This document shows positions 1-9,811 of a stretch of 47,183 bases of DNA, piece by piece. A model generated the notes under the pieces. That model had not been told where the DNA came from and made no database searches. It was given only the letters and a program-made list of their open reading frames with translations. This DNA comes from a virus. Location of the stretch: IMG/VR virus record IMGVR_UViG_3300046786_001104; one strand, 5' to 3'. Position 1 is the stretch's first letter. The number at the start of each line of letters is the position of its first letter. Both the position numbers and the translations under genes were made by a program.

Positions 1-105
1 AATCATTCATATTTTGAATTTTGTATAAATCAGATTATTAGATATAATCCACTTGTAAAAATTTTTTTTATAGGAGATAGTTCCAAATTCATTCCTAATT
101 CAGTT

Positions 106-840
106 GTGTTTTGTAACATCAATGATTTAAAATCCGATAATATAATCAGGTTTGATATATCCAATTTTCATAAAAACAATCCCAATACTTTGTTTAGAAC
201 ATCAACTGAAAGAATATTTTATATAGAAGCTTTAATGGATAAGTATAATTTGTGCAATGTATTTCATTTTGATAACGATGTATTAATTTATGATTCTTTT
301 GAGTTAATATTGAAATGTATATCATCTGAGAGAAATTTAATTACTCCAGCAAATGAACTAAACTTAGTGTGTGGATTGTTTTATACAAAAAATTTGAATT
401 CTATACGCCCAATTACCGATGAGTTGATTAAATTAATAGAGTTGGGTGAACATAAATTGTGTGAATTGTATAACGATAGGAAAATAATATACGGCGAGCA
501 AATAGTTGAATCGTTTAGTATTACAGAAATGAGTCTTTTAAAGATAATACAAGAAAATACATCAATTATTGAAAATTTTCCTATTCATCCAAAATCATCT
601 AATTTTTCAAAATTTCAAATGTGTTTTGATCCGTCATCGTGGGGACAGTATTTAGGAGGAACTCATCAAGGACACTCGGCAGGATATTTTGAAGTGCATC
701 ATTTAATCGGAAGATATATTAAAGATAAAATCTATAATATTATTTTTGACAATGGTAAACCTTATATTCTATCATCCAATACTCAATACAATCTATTTAA
801 TCTACATATTCATTCAAAACAATTACACTTATTTGTGTAA
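106..840 (+). CDS. hypothetical protein (244 aa)
   Basis: Long ORF in AT-rich context. No motif I recognise. Confidence 0.4.
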   Translation: MFCNINDLKSDNIIRFDISNFHKNNPNTLFRTSTERIFYIEALMDKYNLCNVFHFDNDVLIYDSFELILKCISSERNLITPANELNLVCGLFYTKNLNSIRPITDELIKLIELGEHKLCELYNDRKIIYGEQIVESFSITEMSLLKIIQENTSIIENFPIHPKSSNFSKFQMCFDPSSWGQYLGGTHQGHSAGYFEVHHLIGRYIKDKIYNIIFDNGKPYILSSNTQYNLFNLHIHSKQLHLFV

Positions 841-841
841 T

Positions 842-1498
842 TTATTTTTGAAGTACTGTGATTATAGTATCATTTGTAATAGGTCCGTAATTTCTTGAAT
901 CTATACTGTTTTCTCGATTATCTCCCATGACATAATATTGATCGGATGACAATGTAAATTTTTCAACGTTGTGGTTTCTTTTTTTATTTTTTATCATTTT
1001 TGTTAATTGCGTTTCGGCGTTTTTTCTGTTATTATCATCAACAACTTTTCCATTAACTTTAACAAGCCATCCGTCTAGTTCTATAGTATCTCCCGGCATT
1101 GCTACTATTCTTTTAATTGCAGTTTCTCCGCCCGGCGATTTAAACTTAACAATAACATTTTTTTCTATCATCATTTGTTTAACTTTATTAGTAACTTTAC
1201 TTTTTACTATAATTTGATAATTTTTATATGTCGGAGACATGGATACTCCATCAACAATAGTAATATCGGTCGTAAAATATATTATTCCTAGTGATATGAG
1301 GAGAAATAATTCAACTTTTTCTCTAAAAGACGACTCATCAATAGAGTGTTCTCTTAACTTTCCCTTAACAAATCCTTCTGTTGTTCCGTCTTTGTAAGAC
1401 AATGCTACCCCTTTATCAGATTTAAACAAAGTATAATCTTTTTCTGATTTAACAGGCACGAATCCAAATTGTTTGAGTTTTCCAGCGAGCGAATCCAT
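842..1498 (-). CDS. signal peptidase I (S26 family)-like protein
   Basis: TM segment LFLLISLGIIYF, followed by VDGVSMSPT (Ser box), KRIVAMPGDTIE (box D) and YVMGDNRENSIDSRNYGPI (box E), the hallmark LepB motifs. Confidence 0.75.
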   Translation of the reverse strand: MDSLAGKLKQFGFVPVKSEKDYTLFKSDKGVALSYKDGTTEGFVKGKLREHSIDESSFREKVELFLLISLGIIYFTTDITIVDGVSMSPTYKNYQIIVKSKVTNKVKQMMIEKNVIVKFKSPGGETAIKRIVAMPGDTIELDGWLVKVNGKVVDDNNRKNAETQLTKMIKNKKRNHNVEKFTLSSDQYYVMGDNRENSIDSRNYGPITNDTIITVLQK

Positions 1499-1565
1499 TT
1501 GGATATAAATATAGGAATAAATATTAAGATGGATTTAAAATAAAACTCCACATATTTATATCTGT

Positions 1566-2405
1566 ATGAATTATCGTGATTTCTTTAAAGAAGATATGTT
1601 GCCAGGAGGTAAAGGAGATGTACCACCATCTAATATTGATCCTGCCGAGTTGGCTATGGGAATAAAAATAGAAAAAGAACACACCAAAGATGAAGCTATG
1701 GCTAAGGAAATAGCCCGAGACCATTTATCTGAGGATCCCCGTTATTATACTAAACTTAAACAAGCTGGCCTAGCTGATGAGTTAAAAGAGCAGGGATTGC
1801 CAAGTGGGTGTGACGATGGTCATAACATGAAACAGGGTGATAAAATGGCACAATCTGTCGGTCTTGCTGATCTAAACTCAGAAGAACCTAAAGATGATAA
1901 AGGAGTTGTAGAACCAAACACTAATGCTGTAGACAAACAAACTACTCCCGTAACAGTCTTTCCAGAGGTTCCTAATGACCCAACTAAAGGTCCCGACATG
2001 GGTGGTGGTATAGGTTCTACTAAAGGAATGGAGACTAAAGATAAGACGGACGTTGAATCTCCAGCGAAAGACCCACAACCTACAGATCATATTACTGGTG
2101 GAATGGGGTCTACGCCATCCAACCCAAACATTCTTTCGAAACAGAATGGTCAATGTGGAGGAGGAGCACCGATTATGCAAACTATGATGAAAACGTTAAT
2201 GCCAAAAGATATTTCTATTGATATTGCTGAAGGTAAGAAGATTCTTCAAAAGTTAAAAGAAGATTCTAAACTTTCGCCAACCACTAAAGGTGCTGCCACA
2301 GCATTTGGTCCAAAATCAGAGGGTTTTGTTCCTGCTGCTGGTGACCCAGATAAAGATTCGTGTTTTGTAAAAGGTAAAAGATGGACTGTTAAATGGGGGA
2401 AATAA
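1566..2405 (+). CDS. hypothetical protein with a conserved N-terminal region and a K/D/P/G/T-rich low-complexity tail
   Basis: ORF of 279 aa with a long, disordered-looking C-terminus. The N-terminus contains IDPAELAMGIKIEKEHT. Confidence 0.4.
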   Translation: MNYRDFFKEDMLPGGKGDVPPSNIDPAELAMGIKIEKEHTKDEAMAKEIARDHLSEDPRYYTKLKQAGLADELKEQGLPSGCDDGHNMKQGDKMAQSVGLADLNSEEPKDDKGVVEPNTNAVDKQTTPVTVFPEVPNDPTKGPDMGGGIGSTKGMETKDKTDVESPAKDPQPTDHITGGMGSTPSNPNILSKQNGQCGGGAPIMQTMMKTLMPKDISIDIAEGKKILQKLKEDSKLSPTTKGAATAFGPKSEGFVPAAGDPDKDSCFVKGKRWTVKWGK

Positions 2406-2842
2406 TGAATATTCCGAAGGAACAGTTAGTTGAACAGATTAAAAAGCTGTTGAAGTATATGGTGGAGAGTTTGAAGATTAAATCTCCTCCATCCAAACTT
2501 ATTTTAAAGAACTGTAAGGAGAATGCTGAAAAGGAATGGGGTTATACAGGCAATTATAATCCAAATGATAAATCAATAACTCTTTTCATCACAGATAGAC
2601 ACCACGTTGATATTCTTAGAACATTTGCTCACGAAGTTATTCATCACTGGCAAAACGAGAATGGAAACTTAATTGTTGGTGGTAAGAAAGATGTTGGTCC
2701 TGATACAGAAAATCCTCAATATGCTCAAAAGGACCCCCACCTAAGAAAAATGGAAAAACAAGCATATCTCTTGGGAAATATGATTTTCAGAGATTTTGAA
2801 GATATGGAAAGATATGGAAAAACTGATATAGCTCAGTCTTAA
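2393..2842 (+). CDS. hypothetical protein with an HExxH-like motif (HEVIHH)
   Basis: ORF overlapping the upstream stop (ATGA-type coupling). It contains FAHEVIHHWQ, a possible small metallopeptidase motif. Confidence 0.35.
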   Translation: MGEIMNIPKEQLVEQIKKLLKYMVESLKIKSPPSKLILKNCKENAEKEWGYTGNYNPNDKSITLFITDRHHVDILRTFAHEVIHHWQNENGNLIVGGKKDVGPDTENPQYAQKDPHLRKMEKQAYLLGNMIFRDFEDMERYGKTDIAQS

Positions 2843-2846
2843 TTTT

Positions 2847-3080
2847 ATGGAACTCACAGAAAAATATTACAAACAGATGATGGATAAAACGAAACTCGTA
2901 AATTATCTATTAGAAATATCATATGAAGGTAACATCGGTCTTCATGAAATGGTAAAGTTTTTCCAAGTAGCTACTCCTGAGGAAGTTAGTAGATTTGAAG
3001 ATTTGATGTCTGTGAATGATTTGCCAAACGCCTGGGAATTACTTCAGCAGGTTGTTGGTGTAAGATTGAAAGGTTTATAA
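2847..3080 (+). CDS. hypothetical small protein
   Basis: 77-aa ORF packed tightly in the operon. Confidence 0.35.
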   Translation: MELTEKYYKQMMDKTKLVNYLLEISYEGNIGLHEMVKFFQVATPEEVSRFEDLMSVNDLPNAWELLQQVVGVRLKGL

Positions 3081-3081
3081 T

Positions 3082-4032
3082 ATGAAACAAAAACTGTTAT
3101 TAGTAATAGTGGTTATATCAACGTTGGTAACAACTACATCGTGTTCTTCTGTTAAAGGTATTTTCGGGAAGAGTTCTTCTGATGAAGCCAAACAATCTGG
3201 AAAAATTGAAAAGGTTGAGAAAGAACAGAATAGAAATTTAGCTGGTAAAATGGATCAAGTAGCGATTCTTGCGTCCGGAACAGGGTATGCTTTGCAAAAA
3301 GTTACTAATAAAGAACCTGCGGTAACAGTAGCCTATGATATTAATACAAGAGTAGAATCGCTTGCTGGTAAACCAGATTTAGATGCTGAAAAAGAAATGT
3401 GGAAAACGGTTGACCAATTAATGAGTCAAATCAAAACCGAAAGAGAAAAAGGAGAAAAAGCTCTTTTAAAGAAAGATAAAGAAATATCAGAACTTCAAGA
3501 TGAAACTAAACTTCTTTTAGCCAGTAAAGACGAAGCCGTTTCTAAATACATGAAAATGTCTCAAGACGCTGCTTTGTTAGCGGATACAAGAAAAGCAGAA
3601 TTAGACGATTATAAAGGGTGGTTCGGTTTAAAAGCTGTTGGTAAAGGTTTATGGCAGTTTGTAAGAACAGTTACGTGGTGGTTGATTGGAGGATCAATAT
3701 TGTTCATTATTTTAAGATTTGCAAGCATGAGCAATCCAATAGCAGCATCAATTTTTAGTATAGTTGAGAGAATTGCTTCGTGGGGAATCCATATTATTAC
3801 TACGTTAGCTCCAAAAGCTTTAGAAAAAGCCGGAGCTATATCTAAACTTGCATATGATAATATATCATTAGTGTTAAGAAAAATTGTAGACAACATTCAA
3901 AACATTAAACAACTTGAGGCCAAAACTGGACAACCAATTACACTTAAAGAGTTGTTAAACGAGTTGGATAAGTCGATGGATATGAAAGATAAAGAAATAG
4001 TCACTAAAATTAAAAAAGATTTAGGATACTAA
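3082..4032 (+). CDS. putative lipoprotein with coiled coil and C-terminal TM segment
   Basis: N-terminus MKQKLLLVIVVISTLVTTTSCSS (signal peptide plus lipobox Cys), a central K/E-rich coiled coil, and a hydrophobic stretch WWLIGGSILFIILRF. Confidence 0.5.
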   Translation: MKQKLLLVIVVISTLVTTTSCSSVKGIFGKSSSDEAKQSGKIEKVEKEQNRNLAGKMDQVAILASGTGYALQKVTNKEPAVTVAYDINTRVESLAGKPDLDAEKEMWKTVDQLMSQIKTEREKGEKALLKKDKEISELQDETKLLLASKDEAVSKYMKMSQDAALLADTRKAELDDYKGWFGLKAVGKGLWQFVRTVTWWLIGGSILFIILRFASMSNPIAASIFSIVERIASWGIHIITTLAPKALEKAGAISKLAYDNISLVLRKIVDNIQNIKQLEAKTGQPITLKELLNELDKSMDMKDKEIVTKIKKDLGY

Positions 4033-4055
4033 AATAAATCGACAATTTTGGTTTA

Positions 4056-4097
4056 AAACGACATAATGACTTCACGAAGAAGGGATTATGTCGTTTT
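4056..4097 (+). terminator. rho-independent terminator-like hairpin
   Basis: Inverted repeat aaaacgacataat / attatgtcgtttt followed by a T-rich run, after the 3082-4032 gene. Confidence 0.4.
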
Positions 4098-4119
4098 CAA
4101 TTAAAATTATCCTAATACT

Positions 4120-4434
4120 GTGACAGTTAATTACTTATATCATATGAATAAATTCTATGTTAAAGATGGTAAAAACGTATATGGTTTTGTTACTATAAAC
4201 GAAGTAGTTTCTTTTCTTGAAAAGTTGCTCGTACATAAAACTAAAATGACAAGAAAGCAATGGATGGAAAACCTTGCTGATTTGGGGTATGGTCCTGATG
4301 AACCTACCGGAAATAGATTTGTGACTTCTCTTCAAGAACGTCATTTTGAAATTGGTGTGTTTAGAAATCAAAAAACTGTTCGTTGTAATATCTACGAAGC
4401 TACAGCATTTAAAAACCCAGAATACGGAAACTGA
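4120..4434 (+). CDS. hypothetical protein
   Basis: ORF of 104 aa. Confidence 0.35.
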   Translation: MTVNYLYHMNKFYVKDGKNVYGFVTINEVVSFLEKLLVHKTKMTRKQWMENLADLGYGPDEPTGNRFVTSLQERHFEIGVFRNQKTVRCNIYEATAFKNPEYGN

Positions 4435-4439
4435 ATATC

Positions 4440-6092
4440 ATGGAATTAAAAGTCCAATGGAATTCTCCTTTTAAAGTAAAAGACGGCGGTATGTGGAAAT
4501 ACCGCCGGGAATGGTGTATTCCGTTGGAATTGAGAGGCGGTTTTTTTAGTTGGTGGAAGGGCAATAGATTCACGATGTTGAATAAGGGTTTTACTATTAT
4601 AAAAAGAAATGAAAATTGGTATTTAGTAGAAACCAAAGAAAATATTCAGAGATTTGAACAGTTAGGTTCCGTATCCAAAAAGAAAGAAGTTCCATCTGAT
4701 GATAATTTTGTTTTAGTACCCCACCCCATATCTTTAACAGAGGGGTTGAGACCTTGGCAGGTTGATGCTGTTGGTCACATTGTATCGGCTTTAAACCACT
4801 GGGGATGTGCGATAGATGGTTCGGATCTGGGTGTTGGCAAGACATATACTGCTTGTGGTGTAGCGAGGGAAATGGGATATAATATCGTTGTTGTTTGTCC
4901 AAAAGCAGTTAAAGAGTCTTGGAGGAGAGTTATATGTAATCACTTTAAAATGAAAGATAAGTTGATTGGAATTATCAATTACGAACTTCTCATACGTGGT
5001 AAAAAAGACTCTAACATAGCTTCATTTGTAAAAAACAGAAAAACAGGAAGAGAAGAGTTTACCTGGAAACTTCCAAAAAAAACTCTTATAGTTTGGGATG
5101 AATCTCAAAAAGTAAAAAACTGGAAGACCAAAAACAGCAAAACATGTATTGCCGCGTGGAAACAAGGATATCCAATGTTGTTTTGTTCGGCCACAATGGC
5201 AACAAATCCATTGGAGTTAAGAACAGTTGGGTCGTGCCTAAAGTTGTTCAAAGGGGCTAAGGAATACTATGATTGGGCTTATGCTCATGGAGTAGTAAAA
5301 GGTGCTTTTGGGTTAACTTTTGATAAAGATGATCCTGATAACGAAAAGTTCCTTCAAAAACTGAATAAAGACATTTTTGGAAAAAGAGGAGCTAGGCTCT
5401 GTAGAGATACTATTCCAAACTTCCCAGAATCCGAGATTATAGCAGATTGTTATAATATGGATGAACAAGAAGTATCTACTATTAATCAAATTCACGATGA
5501 AATGGCTAGAGAATTAAAAGCTCTTGATAAGAGAGCTAAAAAAGATGGTGATTCACAACTCACCATTATGTTAAGAGCAAGACAAAAGACAGAATTAGTA
5601 AAAGTCCCACTATTTATAGACATGATAGAGGAAGGTCTGGAACAAGGCATGTCCGTCGTCTTGTTTGTAAACTTTACCGAGACCATTAATGCTATATCAA
5701 GTCGGTTTAATACAAAATGTATCTTTGATGGTAAAGTTCCTGATAAAGTCAGACAACAGGGTGTTGATGACTTTCAACTGGATAAAGAAAGAGTAATATT
5801 GGTTAATATTCAAAGTGGTGGGGCTGGCCTTTCACTACATGATATTAACGGAAAGTATCCAAGACTCGCATTGATTTCACCGACCTGGTCTGCGGTGTAT
5901 ATGAGACAAGCTACTGGGAGAGTTTGGAGAGAAAACGCAAAGAGTAAAAGCATCCAAAAAATTGTGTTTGTAGCTGGCACAGTTGAAGAGGATGTATGTA
6001 GAAGTGTTCAATCAAAACTAAATAATTTGGACATTTTAAACGACGGAGATTTAGATTATGTTAGACAAGAAAATGAAATCGTCAAAGATTAA
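4440..6092 (+). CDS. superfamily-II (SNF2/DEAD-like) helicase
   Basis: Walker A GSDLGVGKTYTA, DExx box WDESQKVKN, and a C-terminal helicase motif VNIQSGGAGLSLHD ... QATGRVWR. Confidence 0.6.
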   Translation: MELKVQWNSPFKVKDGGMWKYRREWCIPLELRGGFFSWWKGNRFTMLNKGFTIIKRNENWYLVETKENIQRFEQLGSVSKKKEVPSDDNFVLVPHPISLTEGLRPWQVDAVGHIVSALNHWGCAIDGSDLGVGKTYTACGVAREMGYNIVVVCPKAVKESWRRVICNHFKMKDKLIGIINYELLIRGKKDSNIASFVKNRKTGREEFTWKLPKKTLIVWDESQKVKNWKTKNSKTCIAAWKQGYPMLFCSATMATNPLELRTVGSCLKLFKGAKEYYDWAYAHGVVKGAFGLTFDKDDPDNEKFLQKLNKDIFGKRGARLCRDTIPNFPESEIIADCYNMDEQEVSTINQIHDEMARELKALDKRAKKDGDSQLTIMLRARQKTELVKVPLFIDMIEEGLEQGMSVVLFVNFTETINAISSRFNTKCIFDGKVPDKVRQQGVDDFQLDKERVILVNIQSGGAGLSLHDINGKYPRLALISPTWSAVYMRQATGRVWRENAKSKSIQKIVFVAGTVEEDVCRSVQSKLNNLDILNDGDLDYVRQENEIVKD

Positions 6093-6444
6093 AACAGTTA
6101 TAGTAGAATGTAAATTACGAGATGATGTTTATACAAAACAGTTTGATATCGACTCTGAAATTTTTGATGACATTCTGTTGGAAGCTTCCACACGTTTTGC
6201 TGAACAACATGTGAGAAAACAAAACGTTAAAATAGCACCTATTCTCACCGCTTGGGAAAAGAAGGATACGAAGAATTATGATAAGTATTTTTGTTACAAT
6301 TCTTACTATATTATTATCAACGCCGGTTTTCATAGAAAAGCAGAGATAATGAGGAAAAACTTTATGACTGCCACCGGAATTGATTTAAAGTCGGAAAAAC
6401 TGAAAACGGAACAGAAAAATGGAAAATCAGGAAAAAATAACTGA
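6058..6444 (+). CDS. hypothetical protein
   Basis: ORF of 128 aa. Confidence 0.3.
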   Translation: MLDKKMKSSKIKTVIVECKLRDDVYTKQFDIDSEIFDDILLEASTRFAEQHVRKQNVKIAPILTAWEKKDTKNYDKYFCYNSYYIIINAGFHRKAEIMRKNFMTATGIDLKSEKLKTEQKNGKSGKNN

Positions 6445-7120
6445 ACAGAACATTGCGGCTTTAAAATCGGAACTTACTAATTTAAAAGAAGAAATTCAGA
6501 AGATAAAGTTACAGCAGCTTTCCAAAGAGTTACAACTTCCAGAAGAAGTTATACTTAATAGCGGAGAAGTTAAGCCGGTTAGTAGAACAAAAAAAGGACA
6601 TGGTGCTATTCCGCTTTTGGAATCAGAAATCAAAGAAGCTCAGAGCAAAACAATAACCGCAGCTGATGCGGCTCGATATCTCAGAGTTAGTTATAAAACT
6701 TTAAGAAAATACGCTGTTCTCTACGGTATTTGGAAAACGAATATTCATTACAGACGGGAGGGAGCAATTGCTAGTGCTGAGAAAGGAAAATATCCAGTTT
6801 CACGACTTATACAAGGAGAATTTCCAGACTATCCTGTTTATAGATTGAAAGATAAGTTAATACAAGGTGGCATAAAAAAGCCGGAATGTGAACAGTGTGG
6901 TTTTAGAGAAAGAAGAATTACAGATGGTAAGATGCCTTTAATTTTGAACTTTGAAGACGGCAACGAAAAAAATCACAAATTAGAAAATATAAAACTTTTG
7001 TGTTATAACTGTTCATTTATTTTAGGAAAGGGTTATATTAGGAGAGGAAAAAAATATCACGTTTTAGATGATCCTGATAGAGTTCAAGGAGCAGACTATT
7101 ACATTCCGAAACGGTTCTGA
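6419..7120 (+). CDS. HNH homing-endonuclease-like protein
   Basis: N-terminal coiled coil. C-terminal CEQCGF ... NFEDGNEKNHKLENIKLLCYNCSF (CxxC ... N ... CxxC HNH core). Confidence 0.65.
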   Translation: MENQEKITEQNIAALKSELTNLKEEIQKIKLQQLSKELQLPEEVILNSGEVKPVSRTKKGHGAIPLLESEIKEAQSKTITAADAARYLRVSYKTLRKYAVLYGIWKTNIHYRREGAIASAEKGKYPVSRLIQGEFPDYPVYRLKDKLIQGGIKKPECEQCGFRERRITDGKMPLILNFEDGNEKNHKLENIKLLCYNCSFILGKGYIRRGKKYHVLDDPDRVQGADYYIPKRF

Positions 7121-7134
7121 TATTTATTAGTATT

Positions 7135-7590
7135 ATGATACAAGATTCACCAACTCACTTGATAAGCAGTTTAGGAATTCTAACAAGTTTCTCAATTGCT
7201 AAGAAAATAAATAAGGAAGAAGTTTCTAAAGAATCAAGAAGGCTCAAAAGAATATTCAAAGAATCTGATCCAGAAAAATTTAAAAAACTTCTTATGAATG
7301 CTTTAATTGAAAAAGCTAAGAAGTCTGTTGAAGAGGAAACTCCTCCCGGCCTCATTTTTCCAAAAAAACATCCTAAGAAGGATGAGTTGGACAAGTTTTA
7401 TTTAGAACTTTCTGCTATCTCACAAGCATTAACCAACAAGTTCACTGAACAAAACTTATCTAAACACCAAGTCTGTTTCATACTCAATGCGGTGATAAAT
7501 TTATTAGGATTAACAGAAGAGGATTTTCTAAAATTCCACAAAAAGTTTCAAAAATATAAAGATGACGATTTTAGTGAAGATGAAGAATAA
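7135..7590 (+). CDS. hypothetical protein (acidic C-terminus)
   Basis: ORF of 151 aa. Confidence 0.35.
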   Translation: MIQDSPTHLISSLGILTSFSIAKKINKEEVSKESRRLKRIFKESDPEKFKKLLMNALIEKAKKSVEEETPPGLIFPKKHPKKDELDKFYLELSAISQALTNKFTEQNLSKHQVCFILNAVINLLGLTEEDFLKFHKKFQKYKDDDFSEDEE

Positions 7591-7628
7591 TGCTTGATTT
7601 GTATTCAATTTGAGTTATAATACTAGTT

Positions 7629-8864
7629 ATGAATTCGGAAAATTTGCAGGAGACTCTTTACAATAAAAAAATTGATACGATGAATATTTTAAATATCAAC
7701 GATGCGAAACAATATAAAGGGAAGACAAATATAGTAATCACAGGAGTTACGGGTCAAGATGGTTCTCACATGATCGATTACCTTCTTAAAAATACTGATG
7801 CTGTTGTATTTGGTGGAGTTAGAAGATTGAGTGTTTATAATCATAGTAACATCAAACACATTGACAGTGAACGGTTTCATTTAATAAACTTTGACTTATC
7901 AGATTCCCACGCAATTTCTAGAACCGTTGAAGTATTGCAACCGGATTATTTTATCAATTTCGCTGCTCAGTCATTTGTTGCTTCTTCATGGGATTTTGCT
8001 AGACAAACGTGGCAAACCAATTCTACCGCTGTATTGGATTGTTTGGAAGCTATAAGACAATATGCTCCTAATTGTAGGTTTTACAATGCCGGTTCTTCGG
8101 AAGAATTTGGAAATGTGGAGTACTCCCCCCAAGATGAAAAACATCCGTTAAAACCTCGTTCGCCTTACGGTTCTTCTAAAGCCGCTGCCCGTCAGTTAGT
8201 TAAAGTTTACAGAGAATCATACAACCTATATGCTGTTCAAGGATGGTTGTTTAACCATGAAGGAGAACGACGTGGCGAAGAGTTTGTTACTAGAAAAATA
8301 ACAACGAATGTTGCTAGAATTAGTAAAGAACTTAAAGAAGGAAAAACTACTGTTCCGTTGGAATTGGGAAATGTAAATGCTAAACGAGATTGGAGTTATG
8401 CTCCGGATTTTGTTGACGGTGTGTGGAAGATGTTAAATCAAGAACTTTATAGACCGGAAGTGAAAGAAGTAATGTATAAGAAAGGTTCTATTCTTCTTCC
8501 ATTTGCCGTTGATCGAAAGAACATTGAGTGTATGTCACCGTTGTTAAAGGATTATGTTCTTGCTAGCGGTGAAAATCATACCATTAGAGAGTTTGTTGAA
8601 GAATCGTTTAAGGTAGCCGGAATTACCGATGGTAAATGGATCGGTAAGGATTTAGACGAGAAGTTCGTGATTGGAGCTACTTACACTAATAATTTGAAAG
8701 TTTTGGTTCATATTAATCCTAAGTTTTATAGACCTGCTGAAGTAGACACTTTGCTTGGTGATCCAACGTTAGCTAAACGAGAATTGGGATGGTCTCCTAA
8801 AGTCGGTTTTAAAGAATTGGTTAAAATAATGACCGAATCTGAACTCAACAAATTAAAGAATTGA
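7629..8864 (+). CDS. gmd: GDP-mannose 4,6-dehydratase
   Basis: N-terminal Rossmann motif ITGVTGQDGSHMIDYLL plus SDR-type catalytic region (SSEEFG, YGSSK), typical of GMD. Confidence 0.8.
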   Translation: MNSENLQETLYNKKIDTMNILNINDAKQYKGKTNIVITGVTGQDGSHMIDYLLKNTDAVVFGGVRRLSVYNHSNIKHIDSERFHLINFDLSDSHAISRTVEVLQPDYFINFAAQSFVASSWDFARQTWQTNSTAVLDCLEAIRQYAPNCRFYNAGSSEEFGNVEYSPQDEKHPLKPRSPYGSSKAAARQLVKVYRESYNLYAVQGWLFNHEGERRGEEFVTRKITTNVARISKELKEGKTTVPLELGNVNAKRDWSYAPDFVDGVWKMLNQELYRPEVKEVMYKKGSILLPFAVDRKNIECMSPLLKDYVLASGENHTIREFVEESFKVAGITDGKWIGKDLDEKFVIGATYTNNLKVLVHINPKFYRPAEVDTLLGDPTLAKRELGWSPKVGFKELVKIMTESELNKLKN

Positions 8865-8879
8865 AGTTGGAAAGGAAAA

Positions 8880-9572
8880 TTGGTAAGATACAGTCATATG
8901 AAAAAAGGTCTAACAAAAATTGTATTCGTAGTTGATAGGTCAGGTTCAATGGAAAGCGTTGCTTCTGACATGATTGGTGGTTTTAATAGGTTTATTAAAA
9001 CCCAAAAAGATAACAAAGTTGGTGAATGTACAGTTACGTTCAACCAATTTGATGACATCTTTGAAAACGTTTATAAAAACGTATTAGTAGAAGATGTAAA
9101 AGATTTGGATGATAAAACATATGTTCCGAGAAACATGACGGCTCTTTATGACGCTGTAGGTCGTACTATTGATGAAGTTGGTGCAGAATTGGCGGATTTG
9201 CCAGAAGATCAACGTCCAGAAAAAGTGTTGGTAGTCATTTTAACAGACGGTCTCGAAAATGATTCAAAGACTTTCAAGAGAAAAGACGTTTCAGAGAAGA
9301 TTAAACTTCAGACTGAAACATATAAGTGGGAGTTTGTTTATATTGGAGCAAATCAAGATTCTTGGGCGGTTGGTGAAGGCCTTGGAATTTCGGGAGCAAA
9401 CACTATAAACTATGTTTCTAAAGGAAAGAATACAAAAGCCTCAAGCGATGAGTTGTGGAATACTTTAGGATCTAAAGCAGTATCTTATAGATCTTGTTTA
9501 TCCGCAAAGATGTCTTTCACAGATGAAGAACGAGAGATACAGGATTCTTTAGTCAAGGATAATACTCCGTAA
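8880..9572 (+). CDS. von Willebrand factor A (vWA) domain protein
   Basis: MIDAS motif IVFVVDRSGSM near the N-terminus, consistent with a vWA fold. Confidence 0.6.
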   Translation: MVRYSHMKKGLTKIVFVVDRSGSMESVASDMIGGFNRFIKTQKDNKVGECTVTFNQFDDIFENVYKNVLVEDVKDLDDKTYVPRNMTALYDAVGRTIDEVGAELADLPEDQRPEKVLVVILTDGLENDSKTFKRKDVSEKIKLQTETYKWEFVYIGANQDSWAVGEGLGISGANTINYVSKGKNTKASSDELWNTLGSKAVSYRSCLSAKMSFTDEEREIQDSLVKDNTP

Positions 9573-9610
9573 ACTTTCTTCGGTAAGAATTAATTAAACT
9601 TTGTAAAAAC

Positions 9611-9657
9611 CTGGTCACTCCTCGTTTAGTTATACGAGAGTGACCAGTTTCTTTTTT
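9611..9657 (+). terminator. rho-independent terminator
   Basis: ctggtcactc ... gagtgaccag perfect 10-bp stem followed by tttcttttttg, immediately after the vWA gene. Confidence 0.55.
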
Positions 9658-9758
9658 GTAGAAATTCAAAAAATCCGTATTTAATTCAACATCAATAACT
9701 TCGCCTTCATCTATTATTTGTGTGGAAATTTTAGTGGTCATGTTAATAAATAGATACG

Positions 9759-9803
9759 CAAAAAACAACGCTTGAATTGAAAAATTCAAGCGTTGTTTTT
9801 GTA
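9759..9803. terminator. bidirectional terminator hairpin
   Basis: aacaacgcttgaatt-gaaaa-aattcaagcgttgtt stem with an A-run on one side and a T-run on the other, between convergent genes. Confidence 0.5.
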
Positions 9804-9811
9804 TACTCTAC

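Noticed and set aside
969-2180. Antisense ORFs 969-1217(+), 1524-1724(-) and 1878-2180(-) lying inside the signal-peptidase and low-complexity genes
   Set aside because: F/L/S/I-rich or W/R-rich translations typical of the non-coding frame of AT-rich genes. They are fully embedded in better-supported genes on the other strand.
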